From an uncultured Spirochaetales bacterium (lineage in GTDB: Bacteria; Spirochaetota; GWE2-31-10; CAYYKD01): 64,000 nucleotides of DNA. The position numbers and the translations under genes are program-made. The DNA lies in NCBI GenBank assembly GCA_964608985.1, contig CAZSQU010000001.1, positions 18,549-82,548 of the forward strand, read 5' to 3'. Shown piece after piece: positions 8,991 through 18,946 of the stretch; positions within the stretch are counted from its first letter, which is position 1; each line of letters starts with the position of its first letter. The notes below the pieces were generated by a model. It searched no databases, had not been told where the DNA came from, and saw nothing but the letters and a program-made list of their open reading frames with translations.

Positions 8991-10035
8991 GGTGTTGATG
9001 AAAGGCAATGAAGCAATGGCAGAAGCCGCTATCAGAGCCGGGTGCAGATACTATTTTGGATACCCGATTACTCCTCAGAATGAGGTGCCGGCTTATATGT
9101 CACAAAGATTACCTGAAGTAAACGGTGTATTTGTTCAAGCAGAGAGTGAGCTTGCCGCTATTAATATGGTTTATGGAGCAGGGGCGTGCGGTTTTGCCGC
9201 AATGACTACTTCATCAAGCCCCGGTATATCTCTAATGCAGGAGGGGATATCATATATGGCAGGTGCAGAGGTTCCTGCAGTGATTGCAAATATGATGAGG
9301 GGCGGTCCCGGTTTAGGCAATATATCTCCTTCACAGGCAGATTATCTTCAAGCGACAAAAGGGGGGGGGCATGGCGATTATAACATTATTGTTTATGCGC
9401 CATCTTCTGTTCAGAATCTGATCGATCTTACTTACAAGTCATTTGATATTGCGTTTAAATACCGTGTTATCGTTATGATTCTCGGTGATGGAATACTTGG
9501 TCAGATGTCTGAGTCCGTAACACTTCCTGAATTCAAAGAACCGATTAAAAGGAATGACGGTTTTATGGGGCATGGCGGTAAGCAGGTTATTATCCGATCT
9601 TTGTATCTTGATCCGGAAAATCAGTTAGAGATCCACAATCACAAGCTTCAGATGAGGTATAGTGATATAAAGAAGAATGAGGTGATTTTTGACACCTACA
9701 AAACAGATGATTGTGAATACATGATAGTAGCTTATGGAACAGTTGCAAGAGTTGCCAGGGCATCTGTTGATCTTTTAAGAGAAAGAGGGGTAAAAGCGGG
9801 GTTATTTCAACCCGTAACTCTATGGCCTTTCCCATCTGAAGATTTATTCAGGTCGGTAAAAAATGTAAAAAAGGTATTTGTTGCTGAGATGGCAGTTAAT
9901 CAATTGGAACAGGATGTAAGATTATCTGTTGGAAAAGCTACTGATATTTCAGGTATAAATAAACTCGGTGGGGCGATATTCTCTGAAGAAGAGATTGCAG
10001 ATAGTATAATAGCTGATATAAAAAATAATAATTAA
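8971..10035 (+). CDS. 2-oxoacid:ferredoxin oxidoreductase, alpha subunit (KorA/PorA/VorA family)
   Basis: 354 aa. N-terminus MKGNEAMAEAAIRAGCRYYFGYPITPQNEV is typical of alpha subunits. Overlaps the delta gene by 20 nt. Confidence 0.85.
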   Translation: MMMKTAKVLMKGNEAMAEAAIRAGCRYYFGYPITPQNEVPAYMSQRLPEVNGVFVQAESELAAINMVYGAGACGFAAMTTSSSPGISLMQEGISYMAGAEVPAVIANMMRGGPGLGNISPSQADYLQATKGGGHGDYNIIVYAPSSVQNLIDLTYKSFDIAFKYRVIVMILGDGILGQMSESVTLPEFKEPIKRNDGFMGHGGKQVIIRSLYLDPENQLEIHNHKLQMRYSDIKKNEVIFDTYKTDDCEYMIVAYGTVARVARASVDLLRERGVKAGLFQPVTLWPFPSEDLFRSVKNVKKVFVAEMAVNQLEQDVRLSVGKATDISGINKLGGAIFSEEEIADSIIADIKNNN

Positions 10036-10044
10036 GGGCTGATT

Positions 10045-10800
10045 ATGTCAAAGATAAAAAAAATTTATGGTAGGCCAAAATCATTAACCCAAAAAGCAAT
10101 GCATTATTGCCCGGGGTGCTCACATTCTTTAGTCCATAAACTTATGGCTGAGATTATTGATGAGTTTAATGTTCAAAAAAATACGATTTTTATAGCTCCC
10201 GTTGGTTGTGCGGTGCTTCTTTACGATTATATTGATTGCGATACAATTGAGGCTCCTCACGGTAGGGCTCCGGCAGTTGCAACCGGGATTAAAAGATGTT
10301 CACCGGATAAACTTGTTATCTCTTATCAGGGCGACGGTGACCTTTTATCAATAGGAATGGCAGAAACTATTCATGCGGCTAATCGTGGTGAAAATATTAC
10401 AGTCATATTTGTGAATAACGGTGTATATGGGATGACAGGCGGTCAGATGGCTCCTACAACCCTCGTTGGTCAAATCACTAAAACAACTCCCGCGGGAAGA
10501 GATCCTAAAACTGAAGGTTATCCGATTAAAGGGTGCGAGTTGATCGATGCGTTAGAGGCTCCATTTTATATTGAACGATGTAAGGTTACTGATGCTAAGA
10601 GTGTAATAAAAACCAAAAAAGCAATTAAAAAAGCTTTTCAATATCAATTAGACGGCAAAGGCTATTCATTTATTGAAGTTATATCTAATTGTTCGACAAA
10701 CTGGAGAATGAGCCCGGTAGAAGCAAATAAATGGATTGATGAAGTTTATCAAAAGGTTTATCCTGTAAAAATATTTCGTGACAAAGGAGCTAATCAATGA
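10045..10800 (+). CDS. 2-oxoacid:ferredoxin oxidoreductase, beta subunit (TPP-binding)
   Basis: 251 aa. CPGCSHS cysteine motif and the TPP-binding GDGDLLSIGMAETIHAANRGENITVIFVNNGVYGMTGGQ. Confidence 0.85.
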   Translation: MSKIKKIYGRPKSLTQKAMHYCPGCSHSLVHKLMAEIIDEFNVQKNTIFIAPVGCAVLLYDYIDCDTIEAPHGRAPAVATGIKRCSPDKLVISYQGDGDLLSIGMAETIHAANRGENITVIFVNNGVYGMTGGQMAPTTLVGQITKTTPAGRDPKTEGYPIKGCELIDALEAPFYIERCKVTDAKSVIKTKKAIKKAFQYQLDGKGYSFIEVISNCSTNWRMSPVEANKWIDEVYQKVYPVKIFRDKGANQ

Positions 10801-11327
10801 ATACAAAAGTGATTATTGCCGGGTTTGGCGGTCAAGGGATACTTTTTGCAGGGAATTTACTCGCAAATCTTTCTATGATTGACGGTAAAGAAGTTACATT
10901 TTTCCCATCCTATGGTGCAGAAATGAGAGGCGGGACTTGTAATTGCGGAGTTGTAATAAGTGATACACAGATTACATCACCGGTTGTAAATCAGCCTGAT
11001 TATTTAATTGCTATGAATAAACCATCGTTAAATAAATTCTTACCGGCTGTTAAGAAGGGGGGGATGGTTTTTGTTAATAAATCTCTCATTGATGAGGTTA
11101 AAGTAATTGAAGATATAAGTGTACATATGATAGATGCCAATAAAATTGCAGAAAAAATTGGAGATGTTCGAGTTGCTAACATAGTTATGCTTGGATACTT
11201 CATTAAACTTACAAAGCTGATAAATTTTGATGCTGTTATTGAGTCCATTAAAAAGGTTTTATCCGCAACAAAAAAAAGTATTCTCGATATAAATATTGAA
11301 GCGTTTAGGTCCGGATATGAGTATTAG
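10797..11327 (+). CDS. 2-oxoacid:ferredoxin oxidoreductase, gamma subunit
   Basis: 176 aa. VIIAGFGGQGILFAGNLLA nucleotide-binding-like N-terminus of gamma subunits. 4-nt overlap with the beta gene. Confidence 0.8.
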   Translation: MNTKVIIAGFGGQGILFAGNLLANLSMIDGKEVTFFPSYGAEMRGGTCNCGVVISDTQITSPVVNQPDYLIAMNKPSLNKFLPAVKKGGMVFVNKSLIDEVKVIEDISVHMIDANKIAEKIGDVRVANIVMLGYFIKLTKLINFDAVIESIKKVLSATKKSILDINIEAFRSGYEY

Positions 11328-11350
11328 TAAAAATTATAGAGGTATAAAAA

Positions 11351-13186
11351 ATGTATATTGATAATACAAAAAAGATTTTAATCGGTGTCGTGGCAGGTTT
11401 ACTGCTGATAGGCGGTATTGTTGCGTTTCTATTATTAAATAACTCAAGTGTATATAATAATAAAATAAAAGTAATCAAAATGAATTATGATTCAGGAGAT
11501 TATGACAGAGCATTGGATATTGTTGACTCAATGCTTTTTAAGGACCCGTCTGATGAGAATATACTCGAATGGCGAAGATTAATTAATGAAGCAAAAGAGA
11601 ACAAACAGACAAGCGATATCGAGAGATCTTTAGAACAAACCGAAAAAGAAAGACAGGATTATCTGAATTCCTTGAATAACCTTATTGAACAGACTAGAAG
11701 TACCCCTGTTATTGTCAGAACAACCGAGAATGCCTCAAGTCAATCAAGTTCGGGTAATGCAGAAGAGAGAGAGAGACAAAGAAGGATCAATCAGCTTCTC
11801 GATGAGGCAGTTGAGGATTATAACAGCAATAATTTTTTAAGAGCTAAGAGCAAACTCATGCAGGCACTTGATCTTGACGAGAATCATGCAGAAGCTAATG
11901 CCCTATTATCGGCTGTCTTATTTAATGAGAATCAAGAGAGTCAAACGAACATAAACGAAGCTATAAGGCGGGCTCAAAAAGCCTTAAGAACTGATCCTAA
12001 TTTAGAGTTAGCGAGATTTACACTCGCTCAGATTTATGAGAAGCAAAATCTGATAGGTCCGGCTATTGAAGAGTATAAGCGAACAGTAACGATCAACCCA
12101 AACAATTATGATGCTCTTTATAATTTAGGAAGACTCTATTATAAAAACAGGGATTATACCAATGCAGAAACTCAATTTCAATCTGCAGTTGCAGTAAAGC
12201 AAGATTTTGTAAATGCCTATTTTTATCTTGGTTTGACTCAACAAAGGTTAAACAAGCTGGACCTAGCAAAACAAAACTATGAGAAGGCGATCTCTATTGA
12301 TAGAAATTTTGTAGGTGCTTACTCAAATCTCGGTACTCTATATAAATCTCAAAGAAACTACAGAAAAGCGATTGAATCCTTTGCTGAAGCGATAAGAATT
12401 CAAAACAGATCAATATACCACTTACAAACCGGTGATTGTTATCTTGAGTTAGGAGATAATACCAGAGCTTTAGAAAGTTATAATACAGCAATAGGTCTGA
12501 ATTCCAACGATAATAATGAGTTGATTACACTATACACCAGGGTTTCAGAGGTTTACGGGAAGCTTAATAACTTTCCAAAATCATTGGAATACGCCGAAAA
12601 AGGGATAGCACTATCAGCTAATTCATCAAATTTGTATTTTTTATCAGCTTTTGCTAAAAGTAAGACCGGTAATATTGAGGGGGCGATTGCAGATTATTCG
12701 AAAACAATCGAGCTTGATCCGGAGAATGCTACGGCTTATTTAAATCTAAGTTTAATATATAATGATACCGGAGATTACAGAAAAGGGGCATCAACTGCTC
12801 AGGCAGGTATATCTAAAGCTCCCAATGATTATAGATTATATAACAATCTTGCAAACAGTTTGAGGTTATTGGAAAGCTATAATGAAGCAGTTACTATTTA
12901 TAGAAGAAGTATAGCAATTAATTCGTCGATTCCTGAGGTTCATTATAATCTTGGTTTGTCATTGAAGTCTTTACAAAACTACGAGGAAGCAGTACGGGCT
13001 TTTAATGAAGCGATAAGCCTTTCACCTAATTATGTTGATGCTTTCTATGAACTCGGAGAATCGTATTTTTTATCACAGAAATACACAGAGAGCCAAACTG
13101 TATTTAATGATCTTTTATCGAGATATCCTAACTATCCAAAAAAACCACAGATAGAGAGGATGTTATCAGCTATTACAACACAATAA
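11351..13186 (+). CDS. TPR-repeat protein with N-terminal membrane anchor
   Basis: 611 aa. One N-terminal TM helix, then many 34-residue repeats with the A/Y/L pattern (AYYNLG..Y...A...). Confidence 0.75.
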   Translation: MYIDNTKKILIGVVAGLLLIGGIVAFLLLNNSSVYNNKIKVIKMNYDSGDYDRALDIVDSMLFKDPSDENILEWRRLINEAKENKQTSDIERSLEQTEKERQDYLNSLNNLIEQTRSTPVIVRTTENASSQSSSGNAEERERQRRINQLLDEAVEDYNSNNFLRAKSKLMQALDLDENHAEANALLSAVLFNENQESQTNINEAIRRAQKALRTDPNLELARFTLAQIYEKQNLIGPAIEEYKRTVTINPNNYDALYNLGRLYYKNRDYTNAETQFQSAVAVKQDFVNAYFYLGLTQQRLNKLDLAKQNYEKAISIDRNFVGAYSNLGTLYKSQRNYRKAIESFAEAIRIQNRSIYHLQTGDCYLELGDNTRALESYNTAIGLNSNDNNELITLYTRVSEVYGKLNNFPKSLEYAEKGIALSANSSNLYFLSAFAKSKTGNIEGAIADYSKTIELDPENATAYLNLSLIYNDTGDYRKGASTAQAGISKAPNDYRLYNNLANSLRLLESYNEAVTIYRRSIAINSSIPEVHYNLGLSLKSLQNYEEAVRAFNEAISLSPNYVDAFYELGESYFLSQKYTESQTVFNDLLSRYPNYPKKPQIERMLSAITTQ

Positions 13187-13202
13187 CAAAGGATGTATAT
13201 GT

Positions 13203-14012
13203 ATGTTGCCGATTAATCTGAATTTTTTAAATCTTCATAATTATGAGGGTGTTTATTTCTTGATTGCTATATTATGTGCTTTAGCATATTTTACTTATTT
13301 ATGTAAGCAAAATAATATTGATGTAGATAAAATGTATGAGGCATTGTTTATATCATTGATATCAGCATTGTTTTTTGGAAGGCTTTTCTCACTCGTGTTC
13401 TGGTCATGGGATGATTTCATTAAAAACCCCATAGTTCTTTTTATGCCATGGAAAGGCGGTATAACTGTTATCGGAGCAGTAATCGGGGGATTATTCACAG
13501 GATTTATATATGCTATGGTAAAAAAATTGAGTTTTTTTTACCATATACGGTTTTTTATTCCTTCTATCCTCGTCGGTCAAATAGTCGGTAGATTTGGTTG
13601 TTTTTTAAATGGCGACGCATCCGGAGGTCCCACTAATATGCCATGGGGGATCGTTTTTCATCCGGAAAGTGTTGCGTATTCTATATATCCTCCCGGTACA
13701 CCTCTGCATCCCTCCCAGCTTTATGAGATTATTGGTAATCTTATTATATTGGTCTTTTTAATATTCACAGAAAAAAATGAATTCATTACAAGCAGAAGAA
13801 TTATTTGGTATCTAATCGGTTATGGAATAATTAGATACATTACCGAAATATTCAGATCAGATACGGCACAAGGTTTTTTTGGTATGACTTCTGCGCAGGT
13901 AATAGGTATATCATGCGTACTTGCCGGAATTATTATCTTTATTATTACATTGATCAAACCGAATATATTAGAAGTAAAAGAGAGTATGATTGCACGGCCT
14001 ATAAAAAAATAA
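13203..14012 (+). CDS. lgt: prolipoprotein diacylglyceryl transferase
   Basis: 269 aa, polytopic. Lgt signature GRFGCFLNGDASGGPT..PWG is present. Confidence 0.85.
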   Translation: MLPINLNFLNLHNYEGVYFLIAILCALAYFTYLCKQNNIDVDKMYEALFISLISALFFGRLFSLVFWSWDDFIKNPIVLFMPWKGGITVIGAVIGGLFTGFIYAMVKKLSFFYHIRFFIPSILVGQIVGRFGCFLNGDASGGPTNMPWGIVFHPESVAYSIYPPGTPLHPSQLYEIIGNLIILVFLIFTEKNEFITSRRIIWYLIGYGIIRYITEIFRSDTAQGFFGMTSAQVIGISCVLAGIIIFIITLIKPNILEVKESMIARPIKK

Positions 14013-14018
14013 AAAAAA

Positions 14019-14045
14019 AGTGTCATAAAGACACTTTTTTTTTAA
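14019..14045. terminator. bidirectional rho-independent terminator (A-run, hairpin, T-run)
   Basis: aaaaaaaa-agtgtc-ataaa-gacact-ttttttttt between the convergent lgt and zinc-ribbon genes. Confidence 0.7.
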
Positions 14046-14047
14046 TT

Positions 14048-14284
14048 CTATTTCTTAGAAGTTAATTTCTTAGCACAAGCTTTTGCCGTTTCATATTGTT
14101 TTTCGTTATATACTTTTATGTCATTCTTGGATTTCTTTAAAAGATTGTCCCATGCAGGTTCTAGAACACTTTTAAAACAATCATGACAAAAATCTAGATC
14201 ACTAACATGCTTAATAATAGGATCATTTGCAAGATTAGCTTCATAGAAGGTTTTTCCGCAACAGTCACAAACAATGTATTTCAT
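14048..14284 (-). CDS. small zinc-ribbon protein (CxxC...CxxC)
   Basis: Track ORF 14048..14353 trimmed to the internal ATG (MKYIVCDCCGK...) that has a GGAGG RBS 7 nt upstream. 78 aa with CDCC...CHDC cysteine pairs. Confidence 0.55.
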   Translation of the reverse strand: MKYIVCDCCGKTFYEANLANDPIIKHVSDLDFCHDCFKSVLEPAWDNLLKKSKNDIKVYNEKQYETAKACAKKLTSKK

Positions 14285-14467
14285 ATCAATTCCTCCAAAC
14301 AATTTATAATTATAAATGTTATTATTATCAATTATTTTAAAAAAATCAATCATTTTATTTAAAAATATTTTTAGTTAAATTATATAGTTTCTTTAGATTG
14401 ATTATTTTAAATATTTCGTGTATTATCAACTAAAATTTAATATGACTTTTATTTCGAGGTTTTTATT

Positions 14468-17400
14468 ATGAAAAAAATTATTGCAGAAAATGAGGGCAAT
14501 TCATTGGGGATATGCCTTGGAGCTTCTACTATTTCTATTGTTGAAATAGTTAGTAAGAATGGAAAGATTAACATTGACAATGTTATTGTAACACCGCATG
14601 AAGGTGACCCAAAGGGGATTATTTCAAAACATATAAAAAAATATGACTTAACTAAACAATATATTGCTGTTACAGGCAGGAAATTCAGAGAATTAATGAA
14701 TATTTCTTCAATTACAGAACCTGAAGCGGCTGAGATCGCCTATAATTATCTTAATGACGGCAAATCCCATTATGATGCTATTGTATCTGCCGGCGGTGAG
14801 TCATTTATGGTGTATGAGATCGATAAAAAAGGGCGAATTTCAAGGGTAAGCTCAGGAAATAAATGTGCATCAGGAACAGGCGAATTCTTCCTTCAACAGA
14901 TAAGAAGGATGAATGTAAATATTGCAGAAGCAATTGAAATGTCCAAACAATCAACAAATCCCCATGAATTATCAGGCAGATGCTCTGTTTTTTGTAAGTC
15001 GGATTGTACCCATGCATTAAATAAAGGTGAGAAGATTGCTGATGTTGCTGCAGGGCTTGCAAAAATGATAGCAAAAAAGATTGAAGAGCTCATTGTTAAG
15101 ATTGGTTCTAAGAGAATTATGATGGTGGGCGGTACTGCTCAAAACTCGGTTGTTGTTGATTTTATCAGAGAAAATGTTGATGAGATCTATGTCCCCAAAG
15201 AAGCTTCATATTTTGAAGCACTTGGTGCCGCCTTGTGGGCACTAAAAGTTAAACAGAATAAAGTTCCCTCTCAAAATAATTTGTTTGTTGAAAGAAAATC
15301 ATCATTTGATTTTCTGAAACCTCTCTCAGACTTTACTAATCAAGTAGAATTTAAAGAAATGCCTTATGAACTACCGGTTGATGATGATGAATGTATTATA
15401 GGGCTGGATGTAGGTTCAACAACTACTAAGGCAGTTCTTTTTAGAATAAATGATGAAAAGATTCTAAAAAGCATCTATCTGAGAACAAACGGTAATCCTG
15501 TAAAAGCATCAAGGGATTGTTATAAAGCAATATATGATCAGCTTAACGGGATTCGAGTAAATATTAAAGGTGTGGGGGTAACCGGGTCAGGTAGATACAT
15601 TGCAGGTCTTCATGCCGATACAGACGGTATAATTAATGAGATTATTGCCCATGCACAGGCCTCCGCACATTTTGATAAAGAAGTTGATACAATATTTGAG
15701 ATTGGCGGTCAGGATGCAAAATATACATATCTGACAAACGGTGTTGCTTCAGATTATGCGATGAATGAGGCTTGTTCTGCGGGAACAGGTAGTTTTCTAG
15801 AAGAATCCGCTTTAGAATCACTTAGTATAAAGATGCAGGATATTGCTCCGATTGCCCTTAAGGCAAAAAATCCTCCGAATTTTAGTGATCAATGTGCCGC
15901 ATTTATATCTTCTGATATTAAAACAGCGTTTCAAGAGGGATTGGATAAGGATGATATAGTAGCCGGTCTTGTTTACTCAATATGTATTAATTATATTAAT
16001 AGGGTGAAGGGTGCAAGACATACAGGTAAAAAAGTATTTATGCAGGGGGGGGTGTGTTATAACAAGGCAGTTCCTATTGCAATGGCGGCATTAACCGGCA
16101 GAAAAATTATAGTTCCTCCTGAACCGGGTTTAATGGGGTCTTTTGGTGTGGCTCTTGAACTTAAGAATATGATCAATAACGGATTAATTGAGAAGAAAGA
16201 TTTCAATTTGAAAGAGCTGTTTGAACGAGAGGTAAGTTTTGGTAAAAACTTCATTTGCCAGGGAATAGCAGAAAACTGTGATAGAAAATGTGAAGTAAAT
16301 ATGATTATCGTTAAGGATAAAAAAATTCCGTTTGGGGGTGCTTGTAATAAGTATTACAATCTTGCCCATAAGATTAAATATGAAATTGATCATTTAAATC
16401 ATGTAGAAAAACGAAGAGAACTTCTCTATGAAAAATTTACACAAGTCAGTGATAAAGTGAATAACAGTTCACCGGTTGTAGGAATAAACAGATCATTTCA
16501 GACAAACACTCTATACCCTTTTTATTTTAATTTTTTTAATGAATTGGGGTGTAGAGTAGTTCTTTCGGAAGAGGTTCAACCGGGAGCTGTTGATAAAGGT
16601 ATGACGAGTTTTTGTTTATCCGGACAAATATCTCTTGGAATGTTTGCGGATCTTTTAACAAAAAAACCGGATTATATTTTTATGCCGCAGATAATGGAGA
16701 TGCATGTTTCTAAACAGGAAAAATATAGAAAAGAATTTCAGACAGTTTGTATGTTTGTTCAGGGTGAGGCATTCTATCAAAAAGCAACTTTTATGAAAGA
16801 TTTAGCTAATCCGCCAAAATTACTTTCACCTGCATTAAACTTTATGAAAGGTTTTGACACTCAAGAAAAAGTTTTTGTCGATGTTGCAAAGGAGATGGGG
16901 TTTACTGAAGAACAAGCAAAGAAAGCTCATTTGATTGCATATCAAAAACAAGAAGCCTTTTTCAAGGCATTAAAAGATGAAGGTAAAAAGATTCTTGCAA
17001 GACTTAAAGAGGACCCTTCAAAGATAGCTGTTGTTCTTTTTGGAAGACCATATAATGCATTTGCTTCTGAAACCAATAAAGGTGTTCCTTTTAAATTTGC
17101 AAGCCGTGGTATTGAAATAATTCCTTATGATTTTTTACCTTACGAGGATGAAGAGAATTTCCGCGGAACATATTGGGAAATGGGACAAAGAATAATTAAA
17201 GCTGCGCGGATTGTAAAAAGAGATCCGCAACTATTCGGCTGTTATCTGACAAACTTTCTTTGTGCTCTTGATTCAATGATGGTTCCCCATTTTAGAGATT
17301 TAATGATGACAAAACCGTCTTTAACGATTGAGGTTGATGGTCACACGGCAGATGCCGGAGTAAACACTCGTATTGAAGCGTTTATGGATGTTGTTAAGAA

Positions 17401-18811
17401 CTATCTAAAGATGAGCGACAGAATTAAAGATCCTAATGACCATTTTGTACAAGCAATTACAAAGCTTGATGGAACAGGTAAGGTTCACTATCGGGATTCA
17501 TCAGGCAATAATTACTCAATGAAAGATAAGAGAGTAAAAATTATTATACCTTCAATGGGTGACCTTTTTAATCTGGGTGCAGCAGCATCTTTTAGAGCGC
17601 AGGGATGGAATGCTCATGCTCTACCGATATGTGATAGGGAAGCACTTGATCTTGGAAGATCAGTAACTACAAGTAAAGAATGTTTGCCAATTATAAATAT
17701 AATAGGCGAGGTTCTGAAGTATCTGAAATACAGGGAAGATCATAATGAAAAACTTGCTGTATTTCTTGTTTCTGCAGGTGGTTGTTGCCGTGTAGGTCAA
17801 TATGAGATTCTAATGAAAACTACTATTGATAAACTCAAACTAAAAGATGTTGCAGTTATAACACTGGCAAATGATAACGGCTATGCCGGTTTGGGGATTA
17901 AATTTAGAATTGATGCACTAAAAATTCTTTATGCTTCTGACATTATGGATGATATAAGATCTGCAATTAAAGCTCTTGCCAAAGATAAAAATGAAGGAAT
18001 GAAAATATTTAACTCAGAGTTTGATAAGATATGCGGATCAATAGATGGAACAAATAAAATTCCATTTTATAAACAAATAAAAAACAGTATAAATGCACTA
18101 AGCAAGATAAAACTTGAAATACCTATTGAAGAAGCAAAATATATCGGAGTTGTAGGTGAAATATTTGTAAGAAGAGACCATTTTTCATTAATGGGAATAC
18201 CTGATAAACTTGCAAATAATAAGTTTGTAATGCTGGATGCACATGTAACTGAGTGGGTAAGATATGTTGATTTCTTATTATCAATTAAAATGTTTGAAGT
18301 AGAAACCGGATTTATGGGTAAAATTGAATCAATGGTATCAGACATGATCCATAAATACCATGAAAACAAGCAAAAAAAGCTTTTTGCAAAATCAGGATTG
18401 TATGAATATGAGAAATTAAATATCAAAAAATATTTAGACCATTCAACTCATATTTTTCCTTTAACTCTAACAGGAGAACCGGGATTGTCAACAGGATCAG
18501 CAATGTATCATCTGATAAACAAATATTGCGGGGTTATAAATGTCGGACCGTTCGGATGTATGAATTCAAGAATGACTGAAGCAGTTACTACGGCTGATAT
18601 GTCTATTGAGGGAAAGATTGCGGCTGAAAAGAATGCCGGTTATAGCAATAATCATGATTCTGTAAAAGAACATATTGATATTTTGCCGTTCTTGAGTATT
18701 GAATGTGATGGAAATCCATTTTCACAAATACTTGAAGCAAGACTTGAGACATTTATGTTGCAAGCGAACAGATTGTATGATGCAATGCATATAAAAAAAG
18801 TTAATAAATAA
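14468..18811 (+). CDS. giant fusion protein with two BadF/BadG/BcrA/BcrD-type ATPase (acyl-CoA dehydratase activase) modules and a C-terminal 2-hydroxyacyl-CoA dehydratase-like domain
   Basis: 1447 aa. Module 1 has LGICLGASTI...ASGTGEFF...CSVFCKSDCTHA...GGTAQN. Module 2 has IIGLDVGSTTTKAVLF...CSAGTGSFLEE...MQGGVCYNKAV. The remaining ~850 aa are Cys-rich (LVSAGGCCRVGQY; GPFGCMNS), like dehydratase components. GAGG RBS. Contains an in-frame G8 tract at ~16045. Confidence 0.75.
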   Translation: MKKIIAENEGNSLGICLGASTISIVEIVSKNGKINIDNVIVTPHEGDPKGIISKHIKKYDLTKQYIAVTGRKFRELMNISSITEPEAAEIAYNYLNDGKSHYDAIVSAGGESFMVYEIDKKGRISRVSSGNKCASGTGEFFLQQIRRMNVNIAEAIEMSKQSTNPHELSGRCSVFCKSDCTHALNKGEKIADVAAGLAKMIAKKIEELIVKIGSKRIMMVGGTAQNSVVVDFIRENVDEIYVPKEASYFEALGAALWALKVKQNKVPSQNNLFVERKSSFDFLKPLSDFTNQVEFKEMPYELPVDDDECIIGLDVGSTTTKAVLFRINDEKILKSIYLRTNGNPVKASRDCYKAIYDQLNGIRVNIKGVGVTGSGRYIAGLHADTDGIINEIIAHAQASAHFDKEVDTIFEIGGQDAKYTYLTNGVASDYAMNEACSAGTGSFLEESALESLSIKMQDIAPIALKAKNPPNFSDQCAAFISSDIKTAFQEGLDKDDIVAGLVYSICINYINRVKGARHTGKKVFMQGGVCYNKAVPIAMAALTGRKIIVPPEPGLMGSFGVALELKNMINNGLIEKKDFNLKELFEREVSFGKNFICQGIAENCDRKCEVNMIIVKDKKIPFGGACNKYYNLAHKIKYEIDHLNHVEKRRELLYEKFTQVSDKVNNSSPVVGINRSFQTNTLYPFYFNFFNELGCRVVLSEEVQPGAVDKGMTSFCLSGQISLGMFADLLTKKPDYIFMPQIMEMHVSKQEKYRKEFQTVCMFVQGEAFYQKATFMKDLANPPKLLSPALNFMKGFDTQEKVFVDVAKEMGFTEEQAKKAHLIAYQKQEAFFKALKDEGKKILARLKEDPSKIAVVLFGRPYNAFASETNKGVPFKFASRGIEIIPYDFLPYEDEENFRGTYWEMGQRIIKAARIVKRDPQLFGCYLTNFLCALDSMMVPHFRDLMMTKPSLTIEVDGHTADAGVNTRIEAFMDVVKNYLKMSDRIKDPNDHFVQAITKLDGTGKVHYRDSSGNNYSMKDKRVKIIIPSMGDLFNLGAAASFRAQGWNAHALPICDREALDLGRSVTTSKECLPIINIIGEVLKYLKYREDHNEKLAVFLVSAGGCCRVGQYEILMKTTIDKLKLKDVAVITLANDNGYAGLGIKFRIDALKILYASDIMDDIRSAIKALAKDKNEGMKIFNSEFDKICGSIDGTNKIPFYKQIKNSINALSKIKLEIPIEEAKYIGVVGEIFVRRDHFSLMGIPDKLANNKFVMLDAHVTEWVRYVDFLLSIKMFEVETGFMGKIESMVSDMIHKYHENKQKKLFAKSGLYEYEKLNIKKYLDHSTHIFPLTLTGEPGLSTGSAMYHLINKYCGVINVGPFGCMNSRMTEAVTTADMSIEGKIAAEKNAGYSNNHDSVKEHIDILPFLSIECDGNPFSQILEARLETFMLQANRLYDAMHIKKVNK

Positions 18812-18946
18812 ATAATATTTATATAGTTAATTATGTTATATGTCGAAATTTAATTTATTATCCTTAGTCTGAAATATTTAACAGTAATGTTTTAATTAAA
18901 CTAATGATATTATTAGTAAGAATAAGTGCTTTAATCGGAGTTATTT

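Noticed and set aside
14354-14467. Possible sigma-28 or sigma-54 promoter elements upstream of the activase and receptor genes
   Set aside because: Scanning by eye found no GCCGATAA or TGGCAC-N5-TTGC matches there. Only generic AT-rich -10-like hexamers were seen.
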